Assembly (NCBI GenBank): GCA_038227875.1
Contig: JBBRPR010000003.1
Span: 197,028 to 261,027, forward strand
Length of the DNA stretch: 64,000 nucleotides
Source of the DNA: Planctomycetota bacterium
Lineage (GTDB): Bacteria > Planctomycetota > SZUA-567 > H5-PLA8
Reading direction: 5' to 3'
Part shown: in pieces, positions 19,790 to 28,948 of the stretch
How positions within the stretch are numbered: the first letter of the stretch is position 1
Layout: every line of letters begins with the position of its first letter
Translations under genes and position numbers: made by a program
The notes under the pieces: generated by a model
Databases searched by the model: none
What the model was told of the DNA's origin: nothing
Seen by the model: only the letters and a program-made list of their open reading frames with translations

Positions 19790-21421
19790 ATGCAACTGGA
19801 CGACAGCAAAGTCGCGGAACTGGTCTCACGCGTGGTGGCTCGCTTGAAGCAAAACGGGGCGGCGCCATCGCTGGCCAAGGCGCCAGCACCGAAAGTCGCA
19901 CACGCTCCGGCAGCGGAGCACACCGGGAGTACCAACTGGGTGCGTTCCAAACCCGCGCGTGCCGACGATCGGCCCATCCAGCGCAAGACGGGTTTCTCGT
20001 CCTCAGGACCCACTCCCGCGGTCGCGAAAAAAACGGCTGCGCCTGCTTCGACGTCAGCACCCACGGTCGCGAAGGCTGCTCCGGCCACCGGCGACGGCGT
20101 GTATACCGATGTCGATGCCGCCTGCCGCGCGGCCGAACGTTCCTATCAGGAACTCACCAAGCTCGGCTTCAACGCGCGCTTCAAACTGATCGAAGTTTTC
20201 CGCGCCGCGGCGCTGGCCAACATCGAACGCTGGTCGGTGGAAGCCGCGCGCGAAACCGGCATGGGCCGCGCTGAGGACAAGCTCAAGAAAAACCGTCTCG
20301 TCACGCTGCGCACGCCCGGCCCGGAAATCCTGGTCAACCCCACGACCTTCGCCGGCAGCGACGGCATCACCAGCATCCGACTCGACCCCTGGGGCGTGAT
20401 CGCCTCGATCATTCCCTGCACCAATTCCACCGAGACGGTGATCAACAACGGCATCGGAATGCTCGCCGCCGGCAACGCGGTGGTCTTCAATCCGCACCCG
20501 GTCGCGAAGAAAATTTCCTGCGACGCCGTCCGGACGCTCAACCAGGCATTGTCCGCCGCCGGATTTCCCAAGGAACTGCTCTGCATCCTCGCCGAACCGA
20601 CCGTCGAGTCGGCAAACGCGCTGATGAAACACCCGCTCACGGGCATGGTCCTGGTCACTGGCGGCGGAGCCGTCGTCGACGTGGCGATGAAGTGCGGCAA
20701 GCGTGCCGTCTGCGCCGGGCCGGGCAACCCGCCCTCGGTGGTCGACGAAACCGCGTGTCTCGACCGCGCCGCCAAGGCGCTGGTCTCCGGCGCCTCGCTG
20801 GACAACAACGTCGTCTGCACCGACGAGAAAGCCGTCATCGCCGTCGCCTCCATCGCCGACGCGCTGAAACAGAAAATGCTCGCCCGGGATTGCGTCGAAG
20901 TCACTGGCGCGAACATCGAAAAGCTGACGAAGATCATCCTGAGCGATCCGGGCAGCCCGACGCATCACGGTATGACCAACAAGAAATTCGTCGGCAAGAA
21001 TCCCTCGGTGATCCTGCGCGAAATCGGCATGAACGTCGACGACCGCGTGCGCCTGGCGATCGTCGACGTCGAGAAGGATCACCCGTTGATCTGGACCGAG
21101 CAGCTGATGCCCGTGCTGCCGATCTGCCGCGTCAAGGACGCCGACGAGGCGATCACCTTCGCCGCCGCCGTCGAAGGTGGACGCCGCCACACCGCGTCGA
21201 TCCATTCGCAGCGATTGGACCGCATCACGCGCTTCGCCAACACGCTGAACTGCTCGATCTGCGTCGCCAACGATTCCAACTACGCGGGCTTGGGGCTCAA
21301 CGGCGAGGGCTACACCAGTTTCTCGATCGCCACGCCGACGGGCGAAGGCCTGACGACCGCGCGCACGTTCTGCCGCGAGCGGCGGCTGGCGGTGTGCGGG
21401 GGAGGGCTGGGGAGGGGCTAA
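19790..21421 (+). CDS. CoA-acylating aldehyde dehydrogenase (EutE/PduP-like) with N-terminal encapsulation peptide
   Basis: N-terminal helix [17 protein letters not shown], Pro/Ala linker, [27 protein letters not shown] and ATPTGEG motifs. Confidence 0.92.
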   Translation: MQLDDSKVAELVSRVVARLKQNGAAPSLAKAPAPKVAHAPAAEHTGSTNWVRSKPARADDRPIQRKTGFSSSGPTPAVAKKTAAPASTSAPTVAKAAPATGDGVYTDVDAACRAAERSYQELTKLGFNARFKLIEVFRAAALANIERWSVEAARETGMGRAEDKLKKNRLVTLRTPGPEILVNPTTFAGSDGITSIRLDPWGVIASIIPCTNSTETVINNGIGMLAAGNAVVFNPHPVAKKISCDAVRTLNQALSAAGFPKELLCILAEPTVESANALMKHPLTGMVLVTGGGAVVDVAMKCGKRAVCAGPGNPPSVVDETACLDRAAKALVSGASLDNNVVCTDEKAVIAVASIADALKQKMLARDCVEVTGANIEKLTKIILSDPGSPTHHGMTNKKFVGKNPSVILREIGMNVDDRVRLAIVDVEKDHPLIWTEQLMPVLPICRVKDADEAITFAAAVEGGRRHTASIHSQRLDRITRFANTLNCSICVANDSNYAGLGLNGEGYTSFSIATPTGEGLTTARTFCRERRLAVCGGGLGRG

Positions 21422-21423
21422 CA

Positions 21424-21588
21424 GCATTGCGGATTTCGGATTGCGGATTGCGGATTGGACGGCGCCGCTCGGTTGTGTGTCCGGACGCCGAAGCTTTGAG
21501 AGGACGGATTTGTGGAACGTAAAAGCGCTGTGAAGTTTTCGACTCTCGCGGTTCCAATCCGCAATCCGCAATCCGAAATCCGCAATGC
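21424..21588. repeat. Perfect 36-bp inverted repeat made of ATTGCGG heptamers, between convergent genes
   Basis: 21424-21459 is the exact reverse complement of 21553-21588. Confidence 0.9.
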
Positions 21589-21591
21589 CCT

Positions 21592-22125
21592 TCAAGCCAC
21601 TGCCACCACGACAATGGACGCAATCAGAATGACCAGCGCCACCGACAACTTCACCGCGACGCCGACGGCTCGGCCGAGTACCGCGCCGAAGGCGACCTGC
21701 AGGTTGGGGTCGAGTTTTTTCTGGTGGCGCATTTCGCCGAGGATCGCGCCGACGAAGGTGCCGATGAACGAGGCGACGACCGAACCGATCACGGGAATTG
21801 GCACCAGCCCGCCGAAGAAGGCTCCACCAAAGCCGCCGATCAGCGCGCCCCACGCGGCGGATTTCGAACCGCCGAATTGCTTCGAACCGAATTGGCCGGC
21901 CAGCAGATCGATGCCTTCAGCGACCAGACCGACGAGAAAAAATCCGGCCACCCAGTACCACGGCATCATTTTACCGCTAGTGCCCATGCAGAGGATAAAC
22001 GCGGCGGCGGCCTGCACCAGCGGACCGGGCAGACCGAAGGGCACGATGAAAACGCCGGCGAGCTGCACCAGGAAGAAGCCGATCAGCGCGAGGCTGCCGG
22101 CGAGTACGTGGAGGAAGTTTTGCAT
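21592..22125 (-). CDS. DUF456 family membrane protein
   Basis: GLPG, FGGSK..AWGALIGG, GAILGE and AFGAVLGR pattern. Confidence 0.8.
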   Translation of the reverse strand: MQNFLHVLAGSLALIGFFLVQLAGVFIVPFGLPGPLVQAAAAFILCMGTSGKMMPWYWVAGFFLVGLVAEGIDLLAGQFGSKQFGGSKSAAWGALIGGFGGAFFGGLVPIPVIGSVVASFIGTFVGAILGEMRHQKKLDPNLQVAFGAVLGRAVGVAVKLSVALVILIASIVVVAVA

Positions 22126-22213
22126 CGTCGTCGCTGCCCGAATGGAACCTTACGCAGAGTACCGCCGCCCGGGCCGCTCACCAACTGGAATTAACGGAAG
22201 CTGGAATTAACAG

Positions 22214-22987
22214 ATGTCGCTGACCCAAGTTCCCTGGACCGAACGCGAACTGCGCAAGCAGATCGTCAAAGCGTGCACCGCTCTGGCGCGCAAGAATCTT
22301 GTCGCGGCCACCGATGGCAACGTCTCCGCGCGGCTGGGCTACGACCGGGTGCTGGTGACGCCGTCGAACGTCAACAAAGGCGAAGTCGGCGAGCTCGACA
22401 TTCTGCTCTGCGACATGGACGGCCGCAAAGTCCGCGGGCGCGGCGAGTCGAGCAGCGAAGTCCACGTCCATCTCGCCGCTTACCGCAACCGCGAAGACAT
22501 CCACGCCGTGGTTCATGCGCATCCACCGGTCGCCACCGCGTTCACCTTCGCGGGCCTGGCGGAAATCTTTCGCACGCCGATCATCCCGGAGGTCGTAGCG
22601 CAGATCGGCCCGATTCCGTGCGTACCCTACATTCAGCCCGGCACGCGCGAACTGGCGGAAGCCGTGGGCAAGGCCTTTCGCGATTGCGACATCGTGATGA
22701 TGGCTCAGCACGGCGCGGCCACCGGCGCGAAGGATCCGTGGTCGGCCTACCTGCGCATGGAGAAGCTCGAACACTTCGCCACCATTGTGAAAACCGCGCG
22801 CGAACTGGCCGCCAGCGCCGGGCAGGAGATCCGGACCTTGAGCGACGCGCAGGTCGACGCGCTGCGCGCCGGGTACGGAAAAGGGAAATTGAAAAGCAGT
22901 AGTGTCCCAACGGAAGTAAGCAGCGATGCGATGGTCGAACGAATCGCCGCCGCTGTTCTTGCAAGGATGGGAAGGGCGGCCGGTTGA
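22214..22987 (+). CDS. Class II aldolase (FucA-like) with C-terminal encapsulation peptide
   Basis: DGNVSAR, TPS, SSEVHVH, VVHAHP and QHG motifs; terminal helix DAMVERIAAAVLARM. Confidence 0.92.
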   Translation: MSLTQVPWTERELRKQIVKACTALARKNLVAATDGNVSARLGYDRVLVTPSNVNKGEVGELDILLCDMDGRKVRGRGESSSEVHVHLAAYRNREDIHAVVHAHPPVATAFTFAGLAEIFRTPIIPEVVAQIGPIPCVPYIQPGTRELAEAVGKAFRDCDIVMMAQHGAATGAKDPWSAYLRMEKLEHFATIVKTARELAASAGQEIRTLSDAQVDALRAGYGKGKLKSSSVPTEVSSDAMVERIAAAVLARMGRAAG

Positions 22988-23177
22988 GAATTGGTGCCAG
23001 TGTGATCGCGCGAGAATGGAACTCGGTTGTGTGGCGTTGTGATCGGGAAGTTCGCGAACGACAGCGTTGGATACATTCATGAGAACCCGCCCTATGCGAA
23101 GCTCCAAAGAACATCCGCTCTCGGAACGCGCCACTCCCAAGAGCCAAGAGCCAGGAGCCAAGAGCTGCCCCACAATC

Positions 23178-23516
23178 ATGACCATCGAACAGGTCGCCGC
23201 CTATCTGCAGCTCCATCCGCAGGTCGTTTACCGCCACGTGCGTGCCGGGACTCTGCCAGCCAGCCGCATTGGGCGGACGATCCGATTTAAGAAGTCGGTG
23301 CTCGACGAATTTCTGGAAAAAGGCGCGTGGGAATTTGCTCATCAGTATCTTACGTACCTGGCGCGCGTGAAGTCCGGCAGCGTGTCCGTTGCCGGTGAGA
23401 TGCCGAAACCCGCGACCCTCACTGCCCGCGCCACTAGCGCCGCCGTGCCGATGGCATCACAGACTCCGCCGGAAATTCCGGACGCACTCAAGCAATTCTC
23501 CGCGGACATCGACTAA
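23178..23516 (+). CDS. Excisionase-like HTH DNA-binding protein
   Basis: MTIEQVAAYLQLHPQVVYRHVRAGTLPASRIGRTIRF; flanked by CCAAGAG heptamer arrays at 23137-23165 and 23541-23571. Confidence 0.8.
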   Translation: MTIEQVAAYLQLHPQVVYRHVRAGTLPASRIGRTIRFKKSVLDEFLEKGAWEFAHQYLTYLARVKSGSVSVAGEMPKPATLTARATSAAVPMASQTPPEIPDALKQFSADID

Positions 23517-23576
23517 CCATGGCGCACCGCCCAGCCACCCCCAAAAGCCAAGAGCCAAGAGCCAGGAGCCACCCAC

Positions 23577-23837
23577 ATGATCCTCGGTAAAATCGTCGGC
23601 ACCGTCACCTCCACGCGTAAACAGGAGACGCTGGGCGGCTTCAAATTCCTGCTGATCCAGAAGCGCATGAAGCAGGGCGACGGCGATGCCGCGCTGGGCG
23701 AAATGTTCGTCGCGGTGGACCTCACCGGCGCGGGCACCGGCGAAGAAGTCATCGTCGCCACCGGCCGCGCCGCGCGCATCGCGATGGGCAAGGAGGATCT
23801 GCCAATTGACGCCGCGGTGATTGGGATTGTGGATTAG
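23577..23837 (+). CDS. BMC vertex pentamer (EutN/CcmL, BMC-P)
   Basis: MILGKIVGTVTSTRK, VAVD..GAG.GE.V and DAAVIGIVD motifs. Confidence 0.95.
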   Translation: MILGKIVGTVTSTRKQETLGGFKFLLIQKRMKQGDGDAALGEMFVAVDLTGAGTGEEVIVATGRAARIAMGKEDLPIDAAVIGIVD

Positions 23838-24001
23838 CGGCGCGAAAATCTTCCGCCGCCGCCGCGACCGCCTTGCACAGTCAAGAGTTCTCCCTGCTCA
23901 TGCGGCGGCCTGATTGCATACGCACGCGTCCCGAATCCCGTATCCCCAATCACGGCCGTTATTCACTTCACCCCGCGCGCATTTTCGATAAGACATTCCC
24001 C

Positions 24002-24604
24002 ATGCATGTCATGACTGAAAACGAGATCCGCAATGTCGCCAGCCGTATCGAAGCGGGTGGGACCTTCACTGTTCCGCCGGAGACGATCCTGACGCCGCTG
24101 GCGCGCGATTACCTCCATGGGCGCGGGATTCAGGTCGTCGATCAGCACGGCGGAAAGTCGCACGCAAAGCCCGCCGCGTCCGCGCCGTCGTCCGATGACG
24201 CGCTGGTCAGCGCCGTCGCCGACGAAGTCAGCCGCATCCTTCGCGAACAGCAGGCGCCGCAGGGAAAGTCAGCCGCGCCCGCCGATCCCGCAGCCGTGGT
24301 GGCGCGCAAGACCATCGCCGGTGAAGGCACGTCCAACCGCGCCGTAGTCTGGGCGATCGGCGGCGACCGGCCGGGCATTCTCGCCGACGTCGCGGAACTC
24401 CTCAGTCGCCACAAGGCCAACATTCTCGAAATCAACCAGACCATCCTCAGCGGCGTCTTCGCCATGGTCGTAATCGTGGACCTCAAAGGCGTCACGCTGG
24501 CCTTCGCGGAATTCAAGGCGGAGCTCGAAGCGCTCGGCAAGAAGCTGGGTGTGAATCTCTCGGCGCAGCGGGATGAGATTTTTCAGTACATGCATCGAGT
24601 GTGA
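24002..24604 (+). CDS. ACT-domain protein (UPF0237-like) with N-terminal TPLARD domain and putative encapsulation peptide
   Basis: C-terminal GGDRPGI...NILEINQTIL...QRDEIFQYMHRV ACT domain; N-terminal TENEIR...ILTPLARDYL; internal helix DDALVSAVADEVSRIL. Confidence 0.8.
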   Translation: MHVMTENEIRNVASRIEAGGTFTVPPETILTPLARDYLHGRGIQVVDQHGGKSHAKPAASAPSSDDALVSAVADEVSRILREQQAPQGKSAAPADPAAVVARKTIAGEGTSNRAVVWAIGGDRPGILADVAELLSRHKANILEINQTILSGVFAMVVIVDLKGVTLAFAEFKAELEALGKKLGVNLSAQRDEIFQYMHRV

Positions 24605-24608
24605 CGGG

Positions 24609-24695
24609 GAGTTTTGAAATTTGAGTTTTCAGTTTTGAGTTGTGTGGCGACCGGCGATAGCACAACTCAAAACTAAAAACTCACAACTAAAAACT
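24609..24695. repeat. Inverted heptamer arrays (TTTTGAG/CTCAAAA)
   Basis: GAGTTTTCAGTTTTGAGTTGTG ... CACAACTCAAAACTAAAAACTC. Confidence 0.8.
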
Positions 24696-24780
24696 GCCCT
24701 ACCGATCCCGCACTGGGTTTGTGCGGCGTATGGAGTAATCTATTTTCATGCGCGCAGGATGGCGTTTGGGAGCGGAAACT

Positions 24781-26235
24781 ATGCTTAAAGCACGGCAGGC
24801 GTCCTTGATTGTCGGTGAAACCAGCTCCTCGCGGCTGCTGGAAGGAATCGGCGTCAACTGGTGCGACGCGTTTGGACTCGGCGGCGAGACCGGGATGGGG
24901 CAGCGCGGGATGCCGCTCAACACGCCGGCCATTCCGCTGCTCGACAATATTTCCGGCTGGGAGACGGTGCTCGATGAGCTGACCGTGCTCAAGGCCGGCT
25001 GCATCCGCTTCATGCTGCCGCCCGAAGGCTTCATCACCAAGCGCGGCACGATGGATTTCGACTGCCCGCACTTTCAGCGCCTCGAGCGCCTGAACGCGTG
25101 GGCCGGAGCCAATGGCGCGAGCATCATTCTCGATACGATTCACGTGCCGCATCATCTTCAGGTCAAGGGCGAGGACGGTCCCGGCGTGGCGCTGAACAAC
25201 CGCGCGGCGCTCGACCCGACGACCTTCGCCGAGAAATTTGCCGGTCCGCTCTTGGATTACTGTCTTTCCGAGCGCGGCTGGAACCAGATCCGCTACTACA
25301 GCCCGATCAACGAGCCGCTCTACGGCGGCATCTACCACCATCCCAAGGGCGACACCTACCGCGCGTACGCCGGGCTGATGGCTTCGCTGCGCAAGGAACT
25401 GGTCGACCGCGACCTGGTGCCGCAGCGCATTTCGCTGATCGGACCGTCGGCGCCGTCGGTGCAGCAGTGGCCGGTTCCCGACCTGCACGCGCGCGGGCTG
25501 GACATCGACCCGCTGCTCGACGCTTACGATCAGCACGAATATTCCGCACGCTTCGACGGCGATCCGCCGAATTCGAACGGGGATTCGATTCCGATGAGCG
25601 AACTGATCGAGCGGCATCTCACGCCGCACGTCAAGTACGCCGAATCGCGCGGCAAGCCGTTTCTCATCACGGAAATGAAGCACTCCTATTTTGGCGCCAA
25701 GCAGGGCGATCCCAACGGCCCCGCCACGCATGACGCGTTTCTGCTCGACGCCGAATTCGCGATCCGCGCGATCAACGCCGGTGTGCAGGGGTTGATGCGC
25801 TGGAGCTTCCTCAACCCCGGCGACATCGACGGCCACTGGCAGTTTTTGGAAACGGCGGATAATTCGTACCGGCGCTGCGAGAACACGTTCTACGGTTACG
25901 CCACGCTGATCCGCTACGCGCGCCCGCACGCGGATGTGCTGCAGAGTTCCGTGCAGAGCAATTTCTACCCGTGGCCGCACGTCCACGCCTGCGCGTTGCG
26001 CAAGTCGCCGCAGGGCGATGTGACGGTGCTGGTCGTCAACGACCATCCCAGCGAGCAGATCGAACTGAACGTGAAGCTGCCCGCCTCGCTACGCAAGAAG
26101 GTCAACGTGATTCGCAACGACCGCACCTTGAAGCACGCCAAGGTCGACGAAGTGAAACGCGAATTCACCGACCGCCTCCCGCCGCGCAGCCTGACGGCGT
26201 ATACGACCTTGGAGTACGATCCGTTGACTCGTTGA
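24781..26235 (+). CDS. Putative clan GH-A glycoside hydrolase (TIM barrel + C-terminal beta-sandwich)
   Basis: PINEP acid/base motif, DQHEY, FLITEM nucleophile motif and C-terminal TVLVVN...LPPRSLT; family not resolvable by eye. Confidence 0.7.
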   Translation: MLKARQASLIVGETSSSRLLEGIGVNWCDAFGLGGETGMGQRGMPLNTPAIPLLDNISGWETVLDELTVLKAGCIRFMLPPEGFITKRGTMDFDCPHFQRLERLNAWAGANGASIILDTIHVPHHLQVKGEDGPGVALNNRAALDPTTFAEKFAGPLLDYCLSERGWNQIRYYSPINEPLYGGIYHHPKGDTYRAYAGLMASLRKELVDRDLVPQRISLIGPSAPSVQQWPVPDLHARGLDIDPLLDAYDQHEYSARFDGDPPNSNGDSIPMSELIERHLTPHVKYAESRGKPFLITEMKHSYFGAKQGDPNGPATHDAFLLDAEFAIRAINAGVQGLMRWSFLNPGDIDGHWQFLETADNSYRRCENTFYGYATLIRYARPHADVLQSSVQSNFYPWPHVHACALRKSPQGDVTVLVVNDHPSEQIELNVKLPASLRKKVNVIRNDRTLKHAKVDEVKREFTDRLPPRSLTAYTTLEYDPLTR

Positions 26236-26245
26236 TAGCTTTGCT

Positions 26246-26332
26246 GGGTAGTTTTTAGTGATGAGTTTTGAGTTTTGAATTGATCTTCTGCAACACAACT
26301 CAAAACTAATAACTCAAAACTCAAAGCTACCC
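26246..26332. repeat. Inverted heptamer arrays (TTTTGAG/CTCAAAA)
   Basis: GGGTAG...GAGTTTTGAGTTTTGA ... CAACTCAAAACTAATAACTCAAAACTC...CTACCC. Confidence 0.8.
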
Positions 26333-26430
26333 TTCATACTTCGTATCCACCTTCAGTGAACTTGCACCGAAGCTCACTTCACTCCAAAATCTCTCCCTTC
26401 ATTCATTCAACAGGACTACAGGAACCGCTC

Positions 26431-27780
26431 ATGTCGCTTTCGTTTGAAGAAATTTTCGAAACCATCCGCATGATCGGGATGGAACATCTCGATATTCGCA
26501 CCACGACGCTGGGCATTTCATTGCTGGATTGCGCCACGGGGTCGGGGGAATCGACGGCGCGCAATGTTTACGAGAAGGTCGTGCGCATCGGTTCGGCGCT
26601 GGTGCCGGCGGCCAAGCAGATTGAGCTGGAACACGGCATCCCGATCATCAACAAGCGCGTCTCGATCACGCCCGTGGCGCTGCTGGGTGTCGCCGATCCG
26701 CTGCCGATCGCGCTGGCGCTCGACCGCGCCGCGACGGAGATCGGCATCGATTTCCTCGGCGGCTACACGGCGCTGGTCCACAAGGACGTCTCCGCGCCGG
26801 ACAAGGCGCTGATCGCGTCGCTGCCGGAAGCGCTTTCGCGCACCAACCGCCTCTGCGGGTCGGTCAACGTCGGCGATTCGCGCACGGGCCTGAACATGGA
26901 CGCCTGCTTTTCGCTCGGCCGGATGTTGAAGGCCCTGGCCGAAGCGACGCGCGAGAAGGACGGGCTGGGCTGCGCGAAGTTCTGCTCATTCGCCAACGCG
27001 GTCGAAGACAATCCGTTCATGGCGGGCTCGTTTTTCGGGCCCGGCGAAGGCGAGTGCAGTCTTTCCGTCGGCATCTCCGGTCCGGGTGTCGTTGCGGCGG
27101 TGTTGAAAGACATGCCCGGCGCCGATCTGGCGACGTTGTCCGACGCCATTCGCCGCACCGCGTACAAGATTACGCGCATGGGTGAACTGGTCGGCCGCAA
27201 AGTCAGCGAACGGCTCGGCGTGCCGTTCAATATCGTCGACGTCTCGCTGGCTCCGACGCCCGCGCCCGGCGACAGTGTCGGCGAGATTTTCGAAATCATG
27301 GGCTTCGAACGGACCGGCGCGCCGGGTTCGACGGCCGCATTGATGCTCCTGACCGATGCCGTGAAAAAAGGCGGCGCGATGGCCTCCGGGCACATGGGCG
27401 GCCTCTCCGGCGCATTCATTCCTGTCAGCGAAGACCACGCGCTGGCGTCGGCCGCGGCAGAAGGCGCACTCTCGATCGAGAAGCTCGAAGCGATGACCTC
27501 CGTTTGTTGCGTCGGCCTGGACATGGTGATCATCCCTGGCGACACCAGCGCCGAAACCCTGGCCGGCATTATCGCCGACGAATCGGCCATCGGCGTGATG
27601 AACCACAAAACCACCGCCTGCCGCCTGATCCCCGCGCCCGGCAAGAAAGCCGGCGACATCGTCGACTTCGGCGGCCTGCTGGGCTCCGGCCCGGTGATGT
27701 CCGTCTCGAAATTCTCGAACGAGCGCTTCATCCACCGCGGCGGCAGGATTCCGCCGCCGTTGCATGGGATGAGGAACTGA
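26431..27780 (+). CDS. DUF711 / UPF0210 (so-called PFL family) protein
   Basis: ETIRMI..EHLDIRT.TLGISLLDC, INKRVSITP, EDNPFMAG, GGLSGAFIPVSED and EKLEAMT.VC.VGLDM motifs. Confidence 0.93.
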   Translation: MSLSFEEIFETIRMIGMEHLDIRTTTLGISLLDCATGSGESTARNVYEKVVRIGSALVPAAKQIELEHGIPIINKRVSITPVALLGVADPLPIALALDRAATEIGIDFLGGYTALVHKDVSAPDKALIASLPEALSRTNRLCGSVNVGDSRTGLNMDACFSLGRMLKALAEATREKDGLGCAKFCSFANAVEDNPFMAGSFFGPGEGECSLSVGISGPGVVAAVLKDMPGADLATLSDAIRRTAYKITRMGELVGRKVSERLGVPFNIVDVSLAPTPAPGDSVGEIFEIMGFERTGAPGSTAALMLLTDAVKKGGAMASGHMGGLSGAFIPVSEDHALASAAAEGALSIEKLEAMTSVCCVGLDMVIIPGDTSAETLAGIIADESAIGVMNHKTTACRLIPAPGKKAGDIVDFGGLLGSGPVMSVSKFSNERFIHRGGRIPPPLHGMRN

Positions 27781-27783
27781 TTT

Positions 27784-27947
27784 TTATTGCGGATTTCGGA
27801 TTTCGGATTGCGGATGAGTTGGCGACGCTCGGTCAAAGCGCGGTGCGCCGTAGCATCAATTGAAATGATTCGTGGACCGGAAAGTAAAGTTCAAGGACGA
27901 ACTGCCGCAGTTCTAATCCGAAATCTGCAATCCGAAATCCGCAATAA
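27784..27947. repeat. Inverted heptamer arrays (ATTGCGG/ATTTCGG) between convergent genes
   Basis: 27784-27815 pairs with 27915-27947. Confidence 0.8.
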
Positions 27948-27950
27948 TGT

Positions 27951-28388
27951 TCATCCTTCCGTGCTGATCGTCTCCGGCCGCAGCTTCGTCCGCAGCTTAT
28001 CCAGCAGTCCGTTCACGAATGCGCCGGCTTCGTCGGAGGAGTAGCGCTTCGCCAGTTCGACGGCTTCGTTCAGGATGATCTTGTGTGAAGTTTCGGGGTG
28101 CGTGGTCAGTTCGGCCAGGCCCAGACGCAGGATGTTGCGGTCGACGGCGGCCATGCGGTCGATGTTCCAGTTCGTGGCCACATCGGCGATGTCGGTGTCC
28201 AGTTCCGAGCGGTGGTTGATCACGGCGTCGACCAGTTCGCGCGCGAAAACGACGCTTTCCTTTTCCGGCGGCGGCTGCTGATGGCCGGCGTAATCGGAAA
28301 ACGGATAGACATCCTTGCCCTGCAGGACGTCGTGCATGTAGAGGTATTGCAAGGCCAGTTCGCGGCCGGAAGTTCGTGGGTGACTCAT
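27951..28388 (-). CDS. nusB: Transcription antitermination factor NusB
   Basis: RELALQYLY, NWNIDRMAAVDRNILR, NEAVELAK and FVNGLLD motifs; directly downstream of ribH. Confidence 0.96.
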   Translation of the reverse strand: MSHPRTSGRELALQYLYMHDVLQGKDVYPFSDYAGHQQPPPEKESVVFARELVDAVINHRSELDTDIADVATNWNIDRMAAVDRNILRLGLAELTTHPETSHKIILNEAVELAKRYSSDEAGAFVNGLLDKLRTKLRPETISTEG

Positions 28389-28443
28389 GGTGGTTCAAAT
28401 GCCGAATTTCAGGAGCCTCGCGGCTACTTCATTCGTTCCTTAT

Positions 28444-28926
28444 TTATTTGGTTAGCTTGGTCCAAAGGTCGGCCATTTCGATGGCACTGGCCGCGGCTTC
28501 CCAACCCTTGTTGCCGCCTTTTGCACCGGCCCGTTCCAATGCCTGTTCCAGAGTATCGCAGGTCAGGACCCCAAATGCCACCGGAATCCGTGCCTCCAGC
28601 GCCGCCTGCGTCACGCCCTTGGCGGCCTCGCCGGCGACGTATTCGAAGTGTGGCGTGCCACCGCGGATCACGCAGCCCAGTGCGATGGCCGCCTGAAGCT
28701 TCTTGCCGCCGCCCATCGCGCACAGCGCCTGCACCGCGGCCGGCAATTCGTACGCGCCGGGGACGCGGACGACGGTGATGTCCTTCTCGTCGGCGCCGTG
28801 GCGCAGCAGGCAGTCCAGCGCGCCCTGCAGCAGCGGCTCGGTGACCAGCGCGTTGGTGCGCGCGACGACGATGCCAAAACGGGTTCCGGGTTTCACAATC
28901 AAGCGGCCTTCAATGTACGTGGGCAT
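28444..28926 (-). CDS. ribH: 6,7-dimethyl-8-ribityllumazine synthase
   Basis: VPGAYELP, LGCVIRGGTPHFEYV and GNKGWEAA motifs. Confidence 0.97.
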   Translation of the reverse strand: MPTYIEGRLIVKPGTRFGIVVARTNALVTEPLLQGALDCLLRHGADEKDITVVRVPGAYELPAAVQALCAMGGGKKLQAAIALGCVIRGGTPHFEYVAGEAAKGVTQAALEARIPVAFGVLTCDTLEQALERAGAKGGNKGWEAAASAIEMADLWTKLTK

Positions 28927-28948
28927 GGTTATCCTTAATCCGATGATC

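Noticed and set aside
23178..23516. Prophage or ICE inferred from excisionase-like genes (also 15241-15552)
   Set aside because: No integrase, phage or conjugation genes nearby.
26431..27780. Glycyl-radical (GRM-type) microcompartment call based on the PFL-family label
   Set aside because: DUF711 shows no RVxG glycyl-radical motif and there is no activating enzyme in the locus.
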